From the NCBI GenBank assembly GCA_965113315.1, contig OZ220365.1: 64,000 nt of DNA; one strand, written 5' to 3'. The notes beneath the pieces are model-generated. The model worked only from the letters and a program-made list of their open reading frames with translations, searched no databases and was not told the origin of the DNA. Shown here piece after piece: positions 22,606 to 37,035 of the stretch. Positions within the stretch are counted from its first letter, which is position 1. The number at the start of each line of letters is the position of its first letter. This DNA comes from Podarcis vaucheri. Its lineage: Eukaryota. The position numbers were made by a program, and so were the translations under genes.

Positions 22606-22718
22606 GTTCAAGAAGGCATTTGAGTCAGAACCAACATTACAGTCGGGGATTAATTATGCAGTCCTTCTCTTGGCCGCTGGTCACCAGTTTGATACCTCAT
22701 TTGAGCTACGGAAAGTTG
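22606..22718 (+). CDS. MAP3K5: ASK1 exon 8 (113 bp) FKKAFESEP...ELRKV
   Basis: ctag|G ... G|gtaatt. Confidence 0.95.
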
Positions 22719-24306
22719 GTAATTATAGCCTGTTGATGCACAGGCAAATAAAATTCAGTGACAGCATTTTCACCACCCTCTGTTTTACAGGAAACAATCT
22801 GATGAATGCATTCAGAGTTCTTTGTTAGTTAGTAATTCTGCACTTCGGCTAAGTTTTCCATTAAAAAGGTATAACTTTGAGCCACCGCATGGATCCTGCC
22901 CATTGCAATTATCTTGCCTAAGTTCAGTTTTCTGGGTTAAATGTCTCTCTTGCAGAGTCAGTAATGAAAAGAGCTTTTTATGGTGACTCAGTGATATTGT
23001 CGGATAAATTATGAATACTGATTAGTAAACCCTGCTAGTTCTAGTCTATGAATAATCTAATAACGAACTTCATTGGCTCTCTAGGACTAAGGTTTGTCCT
23101 AGTGAGGATCCTGCAAGCCATTGTTTCCCCCATTGGTTGTTCTTATTGAGCTACATATTATCTTACACTTCCTCTAAATGTGGAATTAGTTGTAATAGTT
23201 ATTTACTATAACGTTTCCTTTCCCCTGAAACCTAAGGGTCCTAGGGTTAATGCATGGCATTATCAAGAGGCTGTTATAGCAGACTAATATTCTAAATGGC
23301 TACAGTGCAGCTGCAAAAGCAATTATGGTTAGATTGCTTGTATGAAATTGTTGTTTCGCAACTGATATTTCAGCCTTTGCAAACATAGTGCCTTTCACAT
23401 GTTTTAGACTATAACTCCCATCAGCTCCAGCCAGCATGGCCAGTGGTCAGGGACGATGGGAATTATAGTCCAAAATATCTGAAGGGCACATGCTTTAAAT
23501 GACATTTGTGGTTGTTATTTGTGAGCCACTTTCTGCATGATTGCTTTCAAAGGTGGGTTCTAAATATGACAACAAATAAATCTTATTTATTTTTGCAGGG
23601 CTCCGAATGAAGTCTCTCTGAGCTAAATTAAGCTTGCTTAGTAGCAGTGTTTTGTGGATTGTTCTGTGGATATGAGTTTCCTTAACCTTCACTGTGTCTA
23701 TTTTGAAATATCTCTGAGGCTTACAGAACAAACACAAGATCTGACTAAGTAATACTCAGAACAGACCTATTGAAACCAGGGGATTAAGATTAGTTGTGGC
23801 TTTCTTGATCTCAGTGGGTCTATTCTATATTAGTGGGTCACAGTCCCTTGAATTAAAAAGGGGGGAGATGCAAAGAATAGGTAAAGAAATGCTGGAATTA
23901 TTCAGTGGATCAGTGTTCAAAACTCTGGGTAGCCATTGGCTAGGACATGGGTAGGGTTTGAAGGGCCTACAATATGTCCTCATCTATTAAAGCATGCACT
24001 CTTGGGATGATTAGGTTGTCTGCCATCCCAGTCACCATATGTGCTAGTGGTCTGGTCTAGAATCCAGTGAAGCTACCAGTTAAATGCTCGCTTTCTGTTA
24101 TCTTGTCATATTGAGAAACTGGATTGCAGTTAAGCAAGAGAGAAACAGAAAGAGAAGGAAGACTGGATTATAAATCAGAACACCGTATTGTGGGTGATTA
24201 CGCAAGTTTAGGACCACCAATTTCAACGGAGCTTAAGTATGCATTAACTTGAGTTTTTGTTTGTGGTGCAGTCTTACGGAGAATTTTTTCTTTATTATTT
24301 CTCCAG

Positions 24307-24466
24307 GAGTAAAGATAAGCAGCCTGCTTGGGAAAAAAGGAAACTTGGAAAAATTGCAGAGTTACTGGGAAGTCGGATTTTTCCTGGGAGCTAGTGTTCT
24401 GGCAAATGATCACACAAGAGTGATACAGGCTTCAGAGAAACTTTTCAAATTGAAGACGCCAGCATG
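24307..24466 (+). CDS. MAP3K5: ASK1 exon 9 (160 bp) VKISSLLGKKG...KLKTPAW
   Basis: ccag|G ... TG|gtacgg. Confidence 0.95.
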
Positions 24467-26333
24467 GTACGGCTCTTGTCTGATCCGTGTGCATTGAATC
24501 AAAGTACTCAAAGTACTCTAGCATCTGTTCTGATCTGAATATTCTGGGGGGGGGAGGGGGAAATTAGTGTAAATATAAATGGAAATATTTCCCATTCCCA
24601 GATTTTTTAATATGGGCTCAGCAACTGTGTTGTTGTTTTTAAAAATTACTCCTATTTTATCCTCACAACAACCCTGTGAGGTAGGTCCAGCTGACCGGCC
24701 CAAGATCACCCAGTAAACATCATGGCTGGGGCTTTCTAACCATTACACCAATTGCCTCTTAAGGTTGGGGTCTTGGCATTCTTGAGGGAGGCCAAGTCAT
24801 CAAGCAAAAGCCGCCCCCTTTCTATACAAACAATTCCATAGCAAGGTGACCCCACATTCCATATAAACAGAATCTCTTGCAGTAGTTGGTAATAATTGCT
24901 CAGAAAATTTTAGTCATGTTATCTTAAAAAATAGATTCCCCAATACATTCAGTCAGCCCATGTAAACAATTTACAAACAGTTGCAGTACTGTATTCAGCA
25001 ATGCTCTCCATCCAGAATGATAGCTAAAGCCAATTATGTTGCTCGTTTCACCCCCTTCTTTTAAAACTCTTTTATTAGCTCAAAATGGTTCTGGCTTTCA
25101 GTCAATAAAATAGCAATTACACATTGAAATCAAGTTGCTTCATTTTCTACTTAACAGTGTAGCCTCCACTTGATATTGTGGCCAGGGCCAGACTAGTGGA
25201 TGGATGAGACATTTCTGCACAGTATTTGCTTTCCAAAACGTACCAGGCAGCAGTGTTGTCATTCTTTAGAGCCTCTCCGGACTCACAAATGTCAGCCATT
25301 TGGTTGCTTCGGGGATGAGGAAGCTGGCTTGACGTTGCTAGGCAACCAAAACCCCTCAGCCAATTTCAGATCAAATTGGGGGGAAGGTGGGTCTCTGGGG
25401 AAGGAAGAGGTCACAGGGACCTGAAGGACTGGGAAATGGAAGGTGTGGAAATGTACATGAAGTTAGCTCCTTTAATCAGGACATGCATGTACTTGTTCTG
25501 TGCTTACATGTACAGAAAAGTGTAGATTCCAACTTCATGTATTTATGCAGGCCTGTGTATGTTTAATTGGGACTTCATTGGGACTTAGATGGAAGTAAGT
25601 GTCCATAAGCCTGCAGCCTTATTTGGTGATAACTAGTTTTCTCAACATCCTCTTCCTGGTTGTCTAAAAGTTATTGAACCTAGACCTAGGAACCTATTTA
25701 AATTAGCGCCTTCTCTTGTTAATGTGGATGACATTCAATGTGCTCCAAGCTATAAGAGACTAGGTAAAAGTCAACCACTGAATTCCATGGGCTAAAATGA
25801 GATTTGAACCAAGGGATTTCAAGTCCACAGACCACACAACTTACTAGTTTGGGTAGCAGATGCTGTTCCCTTATTTTTTGTGTGGCTAACCCTTCAATCA
25901 TAAAATGGCCTATTAGTGACACCACCGTATTTTCTCCTTTGCCTTGTACAGACAATAAGAACTTGAGAAAAGCCTGCTGGTTCAGGCCAAAAACCAATCT
26001 AGGCCAGCTTCCTGTCTTCACAGTGCCAACCAGATGCCTATGGGAAGCCTCATTGGTACAGTTTAGGTACCTGCTGAAATCTCACTCAGGGAGACCTGGG
26101 AACTTCCTAAAGTTCTCTCTGGGTTGGCTTTGGGATTCTCTGACTTTCCCAGGAGAAAGATTTTATGAACCAATCCAAACTCGCCCTCCCTTGCACCTTC
26201 AGAAATCCCTTTCCTTATATTGACTGCTGCACAGGAGTCATTGTGGAATCCTTGGGTGAAACTGTCTCCCAGAGTTCCCTTCAGAGTTGCTGTTAGGCAG
26301 CACTGTGGGGTGATGGAGAGGATATATGCGTGC

Positions 26334-26395
<62 letters not shown>
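26334..26395 (+). repeat. Compound (GT)n(GA)n microsatellite
   Basis: read directly from the sequence. Confidence 0.95.
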
Positions 26396-26400
<5 letters not shown>

Positions 26401-27540
26401 GTCTTCTCAAACTACTGTTCTGTGCTGCCACCAATATTATGGGAAGGGGGTAAGTGTATTTGGAGGTCCTTTGGCATGGGACTCCTTTGGGGGATTGTAG
26501 ATGTTGACAGAGACGAGCAATTTGAGAGGGGAATACTTCTCTGGCTTGATTTTTTTATCTGAGTTGGAGAATCTTTGGGAAAGATTCCACTTTGAGGTAA
26601 GTTTTATCAGCCCACAGTGTTCTCCCCCCCCACCCCCGGCTAGGGATAACTTCACAGGCACCTCTAATTCAAAGTGCTTAGCTTCGGCTAGAACATGTCC
26701 AATAAGTATAGTTCTTCTGTTAAGACACAAAGTACATGTATAATGTGAATGTGTATTTGCTATATATTCCTATGGCTACACTTTTTGTGTAAAGTAGCTT
26801 TGGGAGATGGGTCATTTTGAGTAAATAAGCAGTGGTTGGGGGGGGCGTATTTTAGCCCTTTCGCCACTCACCATTTTCCCGCCCCCACCATGCTTGCCCC
26901 AAGCCACTTTCTCCACTCCATACATGCAATTTTGAGAGGGAAAACTAAATTTATTTCCCCCTGCTTGATTATTATTTTTTATCTGCTGCTCTGGTTTTAT
27001 TTTGATGATTTTAAATATATTTTTATATGAGCTGTCTGTCACAGAAAGGCAGAATATAGATGTTTTGATAAATAAAAATGTGTATAACGAGGTCCTTGTA
27101 ACCTCTTTTATAACAGAAAGGTGGAACATACCTGTTTTAGTAAATTAAAAATGTGGGCAGTGAGACCATAATACCTGTTTTATAAGGAGCAGCTAGTACA
27201 CACTGTCTTATTTAGCGACTATGGCGAAAAGCTCCTGCTGACCTTTAGCTGTATGTCTTGCCATAGCATAGCATCGAGATGATGCCATAGAGATAATGTT
27301 GGCAGTGTCAGTATTAAGATAAGATTTGTGGAAGACAAATATTATTTATCTAATCCTCGCAGAATATATGATTCTGTACTTTTATATGAAGAAGGGAGGA
27401 GAGATTGTGGATGCATCCATCATGGAACAGCTGCAGCATTTTCTGACACATTAGTGACAATCAGTTTAGCAGAGGCCTGTTTCTTGAAAGTGCAGTTAAA
27501 GCACACAGTCACTCACCAACACATTCAGTGTTTTAAAATA

Positions 27541-27906
27541 CCGTATTTTTCGCCCTGTAGGACACACTTTTTCCCTCCAAAAATGAAGGGGAAATGTGTG
27601 TGTGTCCTATGGGGCGAATGCAGGCTTCAGGAAGCTATCCGCTAGCCATGGGAGACACGGCTCTCCCACGGCTAGCGGAGAGCTTGCCTGCACCCAGAAG
27701 CTTGGGGCGTGCTGAGCTCAAGTGGCGCGGCTCTCCCACGGCTAGCGGATAGCAGCCTGTTCTGGGGGATGGGGTCGGGGGAAGCTTGGGCTTCCCCCAC
27801 CCCAGCCCCGCACCTGGGGGGGAAATAATTTTTTTCCTCTATTTCCCCCCCAAAAAAACTAGGTGCGTCCTATGGGCCGGTGCGTCCTATGGGGCGGAAA
27901 ATACGG
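27541..27906. mobile_element. Tc2-like non-autonomous element
   Basis: TA TSD; CCGTATTT...AAATACGG ends. Confidence 0.88.
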
Positions 27907-27989
27907 TACCTGAACTGAACATTCAAAGATGATACAGTAAAGAACAGTCACAGCAGGCTAAAGCAATGCCTTCCCACCTTGGGTGGGAT

Positions 27990-28110
27990 CAGGGTTTCCC
28001 AAACTTGGGTCTCCAGCTGTTTTTGGACTACAGCTCCCATCATCCCTAGCTAGCAGTACTAGTGGTCAGGGATGATAGGAACGGTAGTCCAAAAGCAATT
28101 GGAAACCCTG
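27990..28110. mobile_element. hAT-Charlie/URR1-like MITE
   Basis: TIR CAGGGTTTCC; perfect TSD GGTGGGAT; internal ACTACA.CTCCCATCATCCCT hairpin. Confidence 0.88.
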
Positions 28111-29373
28111 GGTGGGATAGAATCCCAATATGTGATGGAGCCCAATCAAAATGTATCTGAAATAGGTACAAGCAATTTCCTAGGCATGGTGGTGTATGTT
28201 TATTGTTGCAGGATTTTGTGTATGTTATAATAGAACCACACCCGTGTACAGGTGCTATTTTTAGCTACTGCAGATATGTTTGTGACACCAGAAGTTTTTA
28301 ATTAGGACAATTTGCAAGATTTATCGCCAATGGCACAAGCTGCCCATGGCATATGTGCTGAATGTTGTTGTACCTTGTCATCAGCATGACTATATTATAA
28401 ACCTATAATTTAGTTTGACACTGGACCATCGTAGTGATGAGAAATAGAGAGCAGGCAAGTACATCTGATTTTCACAAAGACATGCATTTGAAAATACAGA
28501 ATTGTAAAGCCCAGTTTGTCCATAAAAAGTATTATCTCACATTCCATGTGTCTACAAGCAGCTTTTGGGGGTAAATATAAGGAGTTGATTTAGCGTGAGT
28601 CAGACTATTGTTCCATCTAATCCAATGCTATAAATGATCTGACTAATCTCAGGCAGATGTTCTGTCCCTAAGCCCACAACCTGAGATCCTTTCAACAGGA
28701 GGTGCCAGAATTTGAAGTTGCAAAGCTTGTTCTCTACTACCCAGCTATAGTATAGATGCACTCATTCTGTCGAATGAGTCCTGCAAAGCCACACATATCC
28801 CAAATTAATGGTTGCTTCACATGCTGTGGAAATAGCAGTAAACACCTGTTTAGCTGTGGTGCATTCTGAATTTGGAAGTTATCTTTTTTTCTCCTACTTG
28901 ATTCGTACACACTGAAGGAACTATGATTGGCCCTGGGTTTCTACGGCTGCGTGTACATGCAATAAGCTTGGCTCTCCTAAATCTTGGAGAACTCTCTGGG
29001 TACTCTTGTAATTTTTGTAGATCTCTAGAATGTTTGTTTCTTGTCCATCTTCAGATCAGAAAGGGATCCTAGCAGGCCAGCACGGTGTGTACTGTTCTCA
29101 TGAACCAAGAAAAGAGTCTGCATGATTTTCTTGTTGCACTTTGTGCCTATATTTGTGTGTTTGCTTTTGTGCAATCTTTTTCTAGACTAGTGCAACAATG
29201 CCAGATAAAGCTTTGTGCAGACATGCCCATGTTTCTCATCTTTCAGTATAGCTGATAAGAGAGTCTCTCAACTTGACAATGTGATGTGCAGATAAAGGTG
29301 ATAAAGCATATAGTGGTTATAATGAACTGGAAATAGCTACAGACTTGTTTCGTTTTTTGTTGGTTGCTCCTAG

Positions 29374-29527
29374 GTACCTCAAGTCCATTGTGGAGACTAT
29401 CTTGATATATCAGCACTTTAAGAAACTGAATCCAGAACAGCAAGTAGCAAAACATGAACTTGTGGACTTTTGGATGGACTTTCTGGTTGAGGCCACAAAG
29501 TCAGACGTCTCTGTAGTTAGATTTCCT
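29374..29527 (+). CDS. MAP3K5: ASK1 exon 10 (154 bp) YLKSIVETI...VVRFP
   Basis: ctag|G ... CCT|gtgagt. Confidence 0.95.
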
Positions 29528-30330
29528 GTGAGTGTGTTTTGAACTCTTCCAATTAATTTTTAACCATTTCAATTTCCTGTTTGTCCTGCCATGTGATTCT
29601 TGAGGGGCAGGGAAGCATTTTTAATTTGGAAAGCAATAAACTTTGAACAGCAAAATGAGTTAATCTGAATAATTATGAAGGTGCTTCTCCTGGTGGCACA
29701 AACTGCTACATCCTTGATGAGTTTCTGTTGCCACATAAATACATTTTTATTCACTCAGGCTTATGGTGGATCTGGTGTATGGATTTTTACATGCTCAAGT
29801 CTGATTCTGTAGGTTTTACTCATATAAAGAAAATAAAAATTAAATATTGCTAGTGGAAGTTCACAAAAGGAAAGTTTGGTGTGCCTTCTTCTCCCCTGTA
29901 GCTACTCATGCCTCTTCTCCTCCCAAAGACTTTTGGAGGGCCGGGAGTTTGTTTTTAATAACACGGAGTGAGATTGCAGGTGGCTGCTTGCAAATCAGGC
30001 TTGGACTAAGGAGGTTTGTGAAATTGGCAAGTGCTGCTTCTTCAGCAAAACATTTTTTCTCACATTTTTGCATGTAAGAACCAAATAACAAAAGTAAAGT
30101 AGAATCGTCTACAAAATTGAAAGCTGGAAGACATTCAGTAAATTATTTAGCTAACAAAATGCAAAACTGCTTATGGTAAATAGTAAAAGTTTGTCTTTTG
30201 CACAGTTTGCCCTTGCCTCCAAGAGCTAAACTGAGAAGTGTCAGTACTTAATTTTATAATTTTATGGGGGTATTTTGAAGAAATGTAGTAACTGTTTAGC
30301 AATGTTCTATGTATTTTTTTCTGTTCAAAG

Positions 30331-30438
30331 GTTTTAATATTAGAGCCAACGAAAATCTACCAGCCTTCTTACCTGTCCATTAATAGTGAGGCTGAAGAGA
30401 AGACAGTCTCTATCTGGCATGTTATGCCTGATGATAAG
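30331..30438 (+). CDS. MAP3K5: ASK1 exon 11 (108 bp) VLILEPTKIYQP...HVMPDDK
   Basis: aag|G ... AAG|gtaagc. Confidence 0.95.
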
Positions 30439-31611
30439 GTAAGCTGCTACCACGCCACTTTTACAGCAATAAACCATTGACTCCTCTGTGCAGCTTATAT
30501 CCTGTAACTGCTGACTGCTTGATCGAAGGAGTTTAAAGGAAATTGGGAGGCGTTTGTGGAAACGAGAGAGGATTTAGAGCCTTTCATGTTTGAGAGATTG
30601 AAACACAGAACAGCCAAAGCAGCCCAAGGGTGAGGAAGTAATGGATATTGGGAACAAAAGGGAGTATTAAGCATGGTATGTCCATACAGGCTACAGGTCT
30701 GGGAGTTTTAACAACGGCTGAAGGGTACAGGCACAGAGCATGAGAAACAACTCTTCAGACTTCACCATCAAAATAAGGTTGTTTCTTAAGTGCTCCATGT
30801 ATAGGCTGCCATTTGTGGCAAATAGAGTGACTGGCCTTTTTGAGAAGTGTAAAGACAGGTGCATAATTGGTAATCAGGAATCTGAAGAAACAAGAAGTTG
30901 AAAACCTTCTGGATATAAAAGGTAGACTTCTCTCTTTATACCTCTGGAGAATCTTGTGCTGTGACTTTGGCCTAAAGAGATGCGGAAAATAAAATTATGG
31001 AAGACCAGGTTGGTACCTTGAGGCGTACTTATAAGAGCTTCTTTACAAATTGTGGTTTTACAGAATATATCTAAACTTATAGAATGCATGTGTGAGAAGC
31101 AGGTGTTTAAAAGCAGATATATCCTATAGGTACACTCATCAGGGAACCAGGAGTTGTTGCTGCTTGCTTTTGCTTTCAATGGTAGCAAGCTCAGCTTCAC
31201 TGCTGCGTGATGTATAAAGTGGTCCTAAGTGGCTGATAGTAGGAACTGGAGGCAGCAAGCAAAAGTTATAGAGGAAAAACTGGAGGTGTAAATAGAATGG
31301 GTTGAGGGAAAGATGGAAACAGGAAAAGTTATTTTCCAGATAACATCTCAAATACTTCATACCCATAAGCTGTTATTTCTTCTCTATTTTGCTTCCACTA
31401 CAGAAGAATGTAGCAGAGAATTTTTCCTGGCATTGGCTGCTTTTTGTAGCAATTTATTGGAAAGTTTTTTTTATTTTGTTCATCTTTTTTATTGTAACAG
31501 TACATGGAAAACTTGATCACTCTTTGATGTTTTCACATTTAGTTCTGGAGTAAAGGTAGTGGCAATCTTGAAACGAAAAGCAGTAAATTCTTGAGTAGGT
31601 GTACTCAGCTT

Positions 31612-32250
31612 TCATAATCAATCATAGAATCATAGACTCTTAGTTGGAAGGGACCCCAAGGGTCATCTAGTCCAACCCCCTGCAATGCAGGAATCTCAGC
31701 TAAAGCATCAGTGACAGATGGCCATCCAACCTCTGCTTAAAAACCTCCAAGGAAGGAGAGTCCACCACCTCTCGTGGGAGTCTCTTCCACTGCTGAACAG
31801 CTTTTACTGTTAGAAAGTTCTTTCTGATGTTTAGTCAGAATCTCCTTTCTTGTAACTTGAAGCCATTTCCTCGAGTCCTACCCTCATTAACAGGAGAAAA
31901 CAAGCATGCTGTCTCCTCCATGTGACAGCCCTTAAGACGTTTGAAGATGGTTATCCTTTCGCCTCTCAGTCTCCTCTTTTCCAAGTTAAACATACCCAGC
32001 TCCTTCAAGCATTCCTCCTAAGACTTAGTTTCCAGACCCTTGATCATCTAGGTTGCCCTCCTTTGCACACATTCCAGCTTGTCAACATCCTTCTTAATTT
32101 GTGGTGCCCAGAATTGGACACAGTATTCCGGGTGTGGTCTGACTAAGGCAGAATAGGGTGGTAAAATTACTTCCCTTGATCTGGACACTATGCTTCTGTT
32201 GATGCAGCATGGAATAGTGACAGCTTTTTTTTGCTGCTGCTGCTGCATCA
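31612..32250 (-). mobile_element. CR1 LINE 3' fragment
   Basis: (ATTCTATG)n tail on the minus strand; peptide [31 protein letters not shown]. Confidence 0.92.
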
Positions 32251-34049
32251 AACATCCTAACTGTTGAGTATTAACCAACACAATCTCTTAAGACATTGCA
32301 GACATGACTATTTGTCTGTTCTGGTAGAGTAAATCTGGATACCATATGTAAGAATATACTCAAGTATCACATCACATGTACATTAACAGTGAATTAATAA
32401 CTCCTTGTAAGCTAGAGGGTTGCCTTTGTTAGCTTTATGAAGGCAAAACATGGTAGAATATTGCTGTTTATATCTATTTCATTTAATTTGCTTAGAAGCA
32501 AGCCATTTCCCCCTTGCAGTTGTTGGACTTTAACTTCATTCGGCCAGTCTAGATTGCTTAAGTAAGAATCCATGTCAGAGAAGCATACAGAACTTGAACT
32601 GCACACCAGTTTAGTTTCTACTAGGTCAGCGGTTGCTTCATTTCACCATGTGACACATCTGTATCGTTATTTGTGTTGTATTACATATATTAAAAATCAT
32701 TTCTAACAAGCTCCCCAAGTTACCACAAGTTGAACAGTGTTAAACATCTGGCTGATTCCATAAACATCACATCACATTTGTAATAATGACCATTGAGTGC
32801 ATAATGTGGAAATTCTTGTTTCTGTTCCTTATCTTACTCATATTTTCCACAACCCCGTGCATCAATTTACTGTTATTCCCATTTTGTGGATTTGGAAGTA
32901 GGACTTCAGGAGCACTTATTTGTCCAAGTATGTTCATGGCTGGAGAGGTATCTGAATGTAGGCCTAAGGTCCAGGGTTACTCTGTCCTCTGGATTACACT
33001 GACGTACTAACTCTTCATGACTCATTCCCTGGATTCCATCATAGCTGGGAAGTCTCACTCTGAATATTCAATTGACGTGGAGAGGACTTGCTGACTTTTC
33101 CTGGCTGTTAAAAAACTCTGCATAACTCTGGATTGTTTTGATAGCATGAAACTTTCTGGCTCTGAACTTTAGCTACAGTAAAAGGTAGCAGCTGGAATTG
33201 ATATTGCTACTGCTCTCAGTAGTGCCTTAGCCTGGACACTTGGGTCTCTCATGTTGGCTGCTGAAGCAGTTTTCCAATTGCCTTTTTTTATTATTAACCA
33301 AAGAACAGATGTCAGAATTAGACAGTACCCATAAAATGTTTACTCCAATGGATTGAAAATTTGGCAGAATTGCCAGGAATTCACCAGCCTGAGAACATAA
33401 CAGCATAAACAAAGAGGTCACAATGAATCAAAGAGAAACCAGGATTTTTGAAGGGTTGGGAATGTCTTGGGCTTGTGGCTGTGGTTTTGTATGTGTGTTA
33501 GATTGTTTTAAGTTAGAAATGAGAAATGGAAATGTTCTTACTGCTTGACCCCTTCATTTATATATAGGCTTTGTCCAGCATAGTGACTGTGAACTGATGT
33601 AAGAATTTAACATGAAAAGGCATGTTTAGAGATAGATTTTATTGGGTTGTTTTGAAGGATGTGATACACACTGGTTCCCATAGCACAGGGTGAAGACTGG
33701 GTAAAATAAGAGATTTTGTTTCAGAGGTTCAGTGTAGGAAACATCCAGTACTAGGATTATTTGTATCTTTGCAGGTTTGTGTGTGCACATGCACTGTGTT
33801 TTTATTTCTACGTTGTTATGAAGGTGATGTGTACAGTTACAAAAGGGCCAACACAGTGGGGGGAAATAACCTGCAAACATTATTTTGTAAGTTATAGGCT
33901 AAAAGCTGTTGTACGCTGCTTCTTTTTTAAATGAATAATTTTTATTGTTTGATCACAAACGTGTACAAACTAACACATTTGTATGTATTTATTTGTATGT
34001 ACAGCTATATGCCCAAGAACAGTAATTTTTGTTGACTTCTTCATTACAG

Positions 34050-34099
34050 AAAGGCATTCATGAATGGAACTTCAGTGCTGACTCTATAAGAGGAGTAAG
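34050..34099 (+). CDS. MAP3K5: ASK1 exon 12 (50 bp) KGIHEWNFSADSIRGVS
   Basis: acag|A ... AG|gtaagg. Confidence 0.93.
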
Positions 34100-36137
34100 G
34101 TAAGGTTATTTATTTATTTGTGATACCTATGACATTTCCTCTGTAGCCGTTATTTAATTAATTAATCTTAATGCCATCCATCCGAAGATCACAGGGGCAG
34201 AAAATTACAAAACGAGAACACAAAATACACAGCAGCAGCAGCAGCAAAACCAATAACCCCCTCACAAACATATTTAAAAGGCTAAACATAAACAACATCT
34301 TTAAAAATGGGTGTCAGAACTGTGGGGAAAATCCTCAAAATGTGCATGAAGCAGTTTTTGAATTCCTGTCTTGTATGACTGACATTAAGCAAGACCTAGC
34401 ACCTATCAATATTGGGTTACCTCAAATGTAGGACCTTGGAGTTTTGCATCTATTTTGTGAATTGCATCTTTTTTGTGTGAATGTATCAGTATTGTAAGAG
34501 ATACATGTTTATGTTTTAAATATGTTTTAAGTTGCTTGGAGATCTTTGTGTAGCTAGTGACTAACAAGACAAATACATACATACATAATGTATAATCTTG
34601 CCCAGAGGCTCCACATGACCTTTCCCCATACAAATATTGTAGTCCATAAATTATCTTCCTCTCATAATTCAAGCAGTTATTATATATTGGCAGTAGATTT
34701 ATCTCTTCATTAATGTTTGCTGGCAACACCTCATATATATATGGGGGCTGCCCAGTTCTATGCATGTTTACACAGAATCAAGTCATGCCGTATTAGTGGA
34801 GCCTACACCCAGGTAGCCTTGCATAGGAATGCAGTCTGAGCTTCACAGGTTAACATAATTCCAAAGCCAGGTTTCCCAGACTCATCTCAGCACACCGCCC
34901 CCACGCAGCATTGCCCTCAGCCACATTGTGCCAGTCAGAAATGTGGCGATGAAGTTTCCATTTAGTACATATGCGGACAGGGGCCTAATTGTTTCTCGCT
35001 TATTGCTTCCATCTAGTAGTATTAGGAGAGAGGCAGTGATATAACCACCTTGATAGCTAGTGAAATACATGTTGTAGGGTCCTCTGGAGTAGCGGTACCA
35101 AAACCACAAAATGTCATGTAAGAACCATACATAGGTGCAGAATATAAAAAGAAAGTAAATGGGAAGGCAGCCTGGACACTTGGGAGAGAGAATTTGTTGC
35201 ATGTTTGAATGCTTCTGCTACCAAAAATGACATCTCAGCAGTGAAAGAGCATATTAGGAAGAGGACTATAGTGAACATTATTCCTGCCCTTCTAGCTTTC
35301 ATTGTTCAAGAAGGGTGTTTTCTCTGCGAGGGAGCATTCAAACACATAAGCTTTACATGCAGCCTAAAGTAGTGCAGTCTAAACTTGGTTCTACTGACAT
35401 AAAATGGCTCTGAAAAGACATCTTCTTTAAAAGGAGTGTTGAAATCAGCTTGTATAATCCATGGTTACTACAATTTGTTCCTTCAGAACAAAGGGTGTCA
35501 TTAAAATAAACCAAAAAACTAGGCCTATTGCAAGTACAACACTGAGTGCTGAACAAGTGTATGTAATTCTGTCGTGTTTTGAGTGGTTTTTCTTCATTAG
35601 TAGCTTGGGTTTTATGTAGGGCTTGTCTGCACAGGAGCTTCCTGTAGACAGGTTTGATGAGTTATTGTTAAACTTGAAATACAGGAAAGAGTACATGTTG
35701 CTGACTGCAGCAGTTTGATAGGTCTGCACTGTATCAAGTGGGCTTACTTCGTAGTGGTGGTCTTCCGAGGGCACTTGCAGAAGGCATGGCGTGGTGCCCT
35801 TCCATAGCACCAAAGTGGAAGATTTATAAATTTCTCTCAAGTCTCCTGACACTGGCTGACCATGTAGGGAACGGCAGTTCAGTGAGAAAGGAGCCACCAA
35901 GATACATACTGAAAGGAAAAGAGGCACATCACATCTCCACACTGCAGATCTTCAATATTTCCAATTCTAGACAGCATTGTAAGGCCTGTTCTTGAACAGA
36001 TAAAGATTAGTGCCTTCTTACCTCAACTGCTGCATTAAAATAATGCAGCGGTTTTTGTAATGGGTGAGTTTTGACCATGGAGACGATTAGACCCTAGTAT
36101 CTTGGATATGCAGTGTCTCATTTTCCTCATTACTTTA

Positions 36138-36187
36138 TTTGTTTTGTTTTTTGAGAATTTAGTTAAATTCTCAAAAAACAAAACAAA
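36138..36187. repeat. Perfect 24-bp inverted repeat with a 2-nt spacer
   Basis: TTTGTTTTGTTTTTTGAGAATTTA gt TAAATTCTCAAAAAACAAAACAAA. Confidence 0.9.
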
Positions 36188-36230
36188 CAAACTCTTGGTG
36201 GTGGGGTGGGGAGAATGATTCTCATTGTTA

Positions 36231-36487
36231 CCGTATTTTTCGCTCTATAAGACGCACCCTACCACAAGACGCACCTAGTTTTTGGAGCAGGAAAACAAGA
36301 AAAAAAATTCTGAATCTCAGAAGCCAGAAGAGCAAGAGTGATAGCTGTGCAGCGAAAGCAGTGATCCCTCTTGCTGTTCTGGTTTCTGGGATAGCTGCGT
36401 AACCTGCATTCGCTCCATAAGATGCACACACATTTCCCCTTACTTTTTAGGAGGGAAAAAGTGAGTCTTATAGAGCAAAAAATACGG
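36231..36487. mobile_element. Tc2-like MITE
   Basis: TA TSD; TIR CCGTATTTTT.GCTCTATAAGAC. Confidence 0.88.
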
Positions 36488-36791
36488 TAATTAACTTAGA
36501 AAATAACTGGTTAAAAGAAATGCCAAAACTCAGAGGTAGAAAACCATTTCAATCCAGAGAGATAGATTTAAATCAATCAGGCAAGCTAACCATGCTGCTA
36601 AATTAATTAATTTTGATGGAACTTAAGTGTGACTAACATATTCTGGACAAGGAGTCATTGAATATGAGGTACAGAGGAGGGAGAAAAGTTTTACATTTGT
36701 TGTATCCTTTGGAGTCAGCTGTGCGCACATCTCCCTAGGAAGTTTAAGGAGCATAGCACTTTTTACTGTTTACTCCACTCCTTTCCAAATA

Positions 36792-37000
36792 CAGTGGTAC
36801 CTCGGGTTACATATGCTTCAGGTTACACACTCCGCTAACCCATAAATAGTGCTTCAGGTTAAGAACTTTGCTTCAGGATGAGAACAGAAATCGGGCTCCA
36901 GTGGTGTGGCGGCAGCAGGAGGCCCCATTAGCTAAAGTGGTGCTTCAGGTTAAGAACAGACCTCCGGAACGAATTAAGTACTTAACCCGAGGTACCACTG
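36792..37000. mobile_element. Tigger/pogo-like MITE
   Basis: TA TSD; TIR CAGTGGTACCTCGGGTTA. Confidence 0.9.
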
Positions 37001-37035
37001 TATGTGAAAGGGCTGTGGCTCGGAAGGTCCTAGAT

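Noticed and set aside
24198-24413. Minus ORF starting MIICQNT, resembling ASK1 micro-exon 3 (EIICQKNT)
   Set aside because: It is the antisense of exon 9, so the similarity is coincidental. Exon 3 was not found and is probably upstream of the window.
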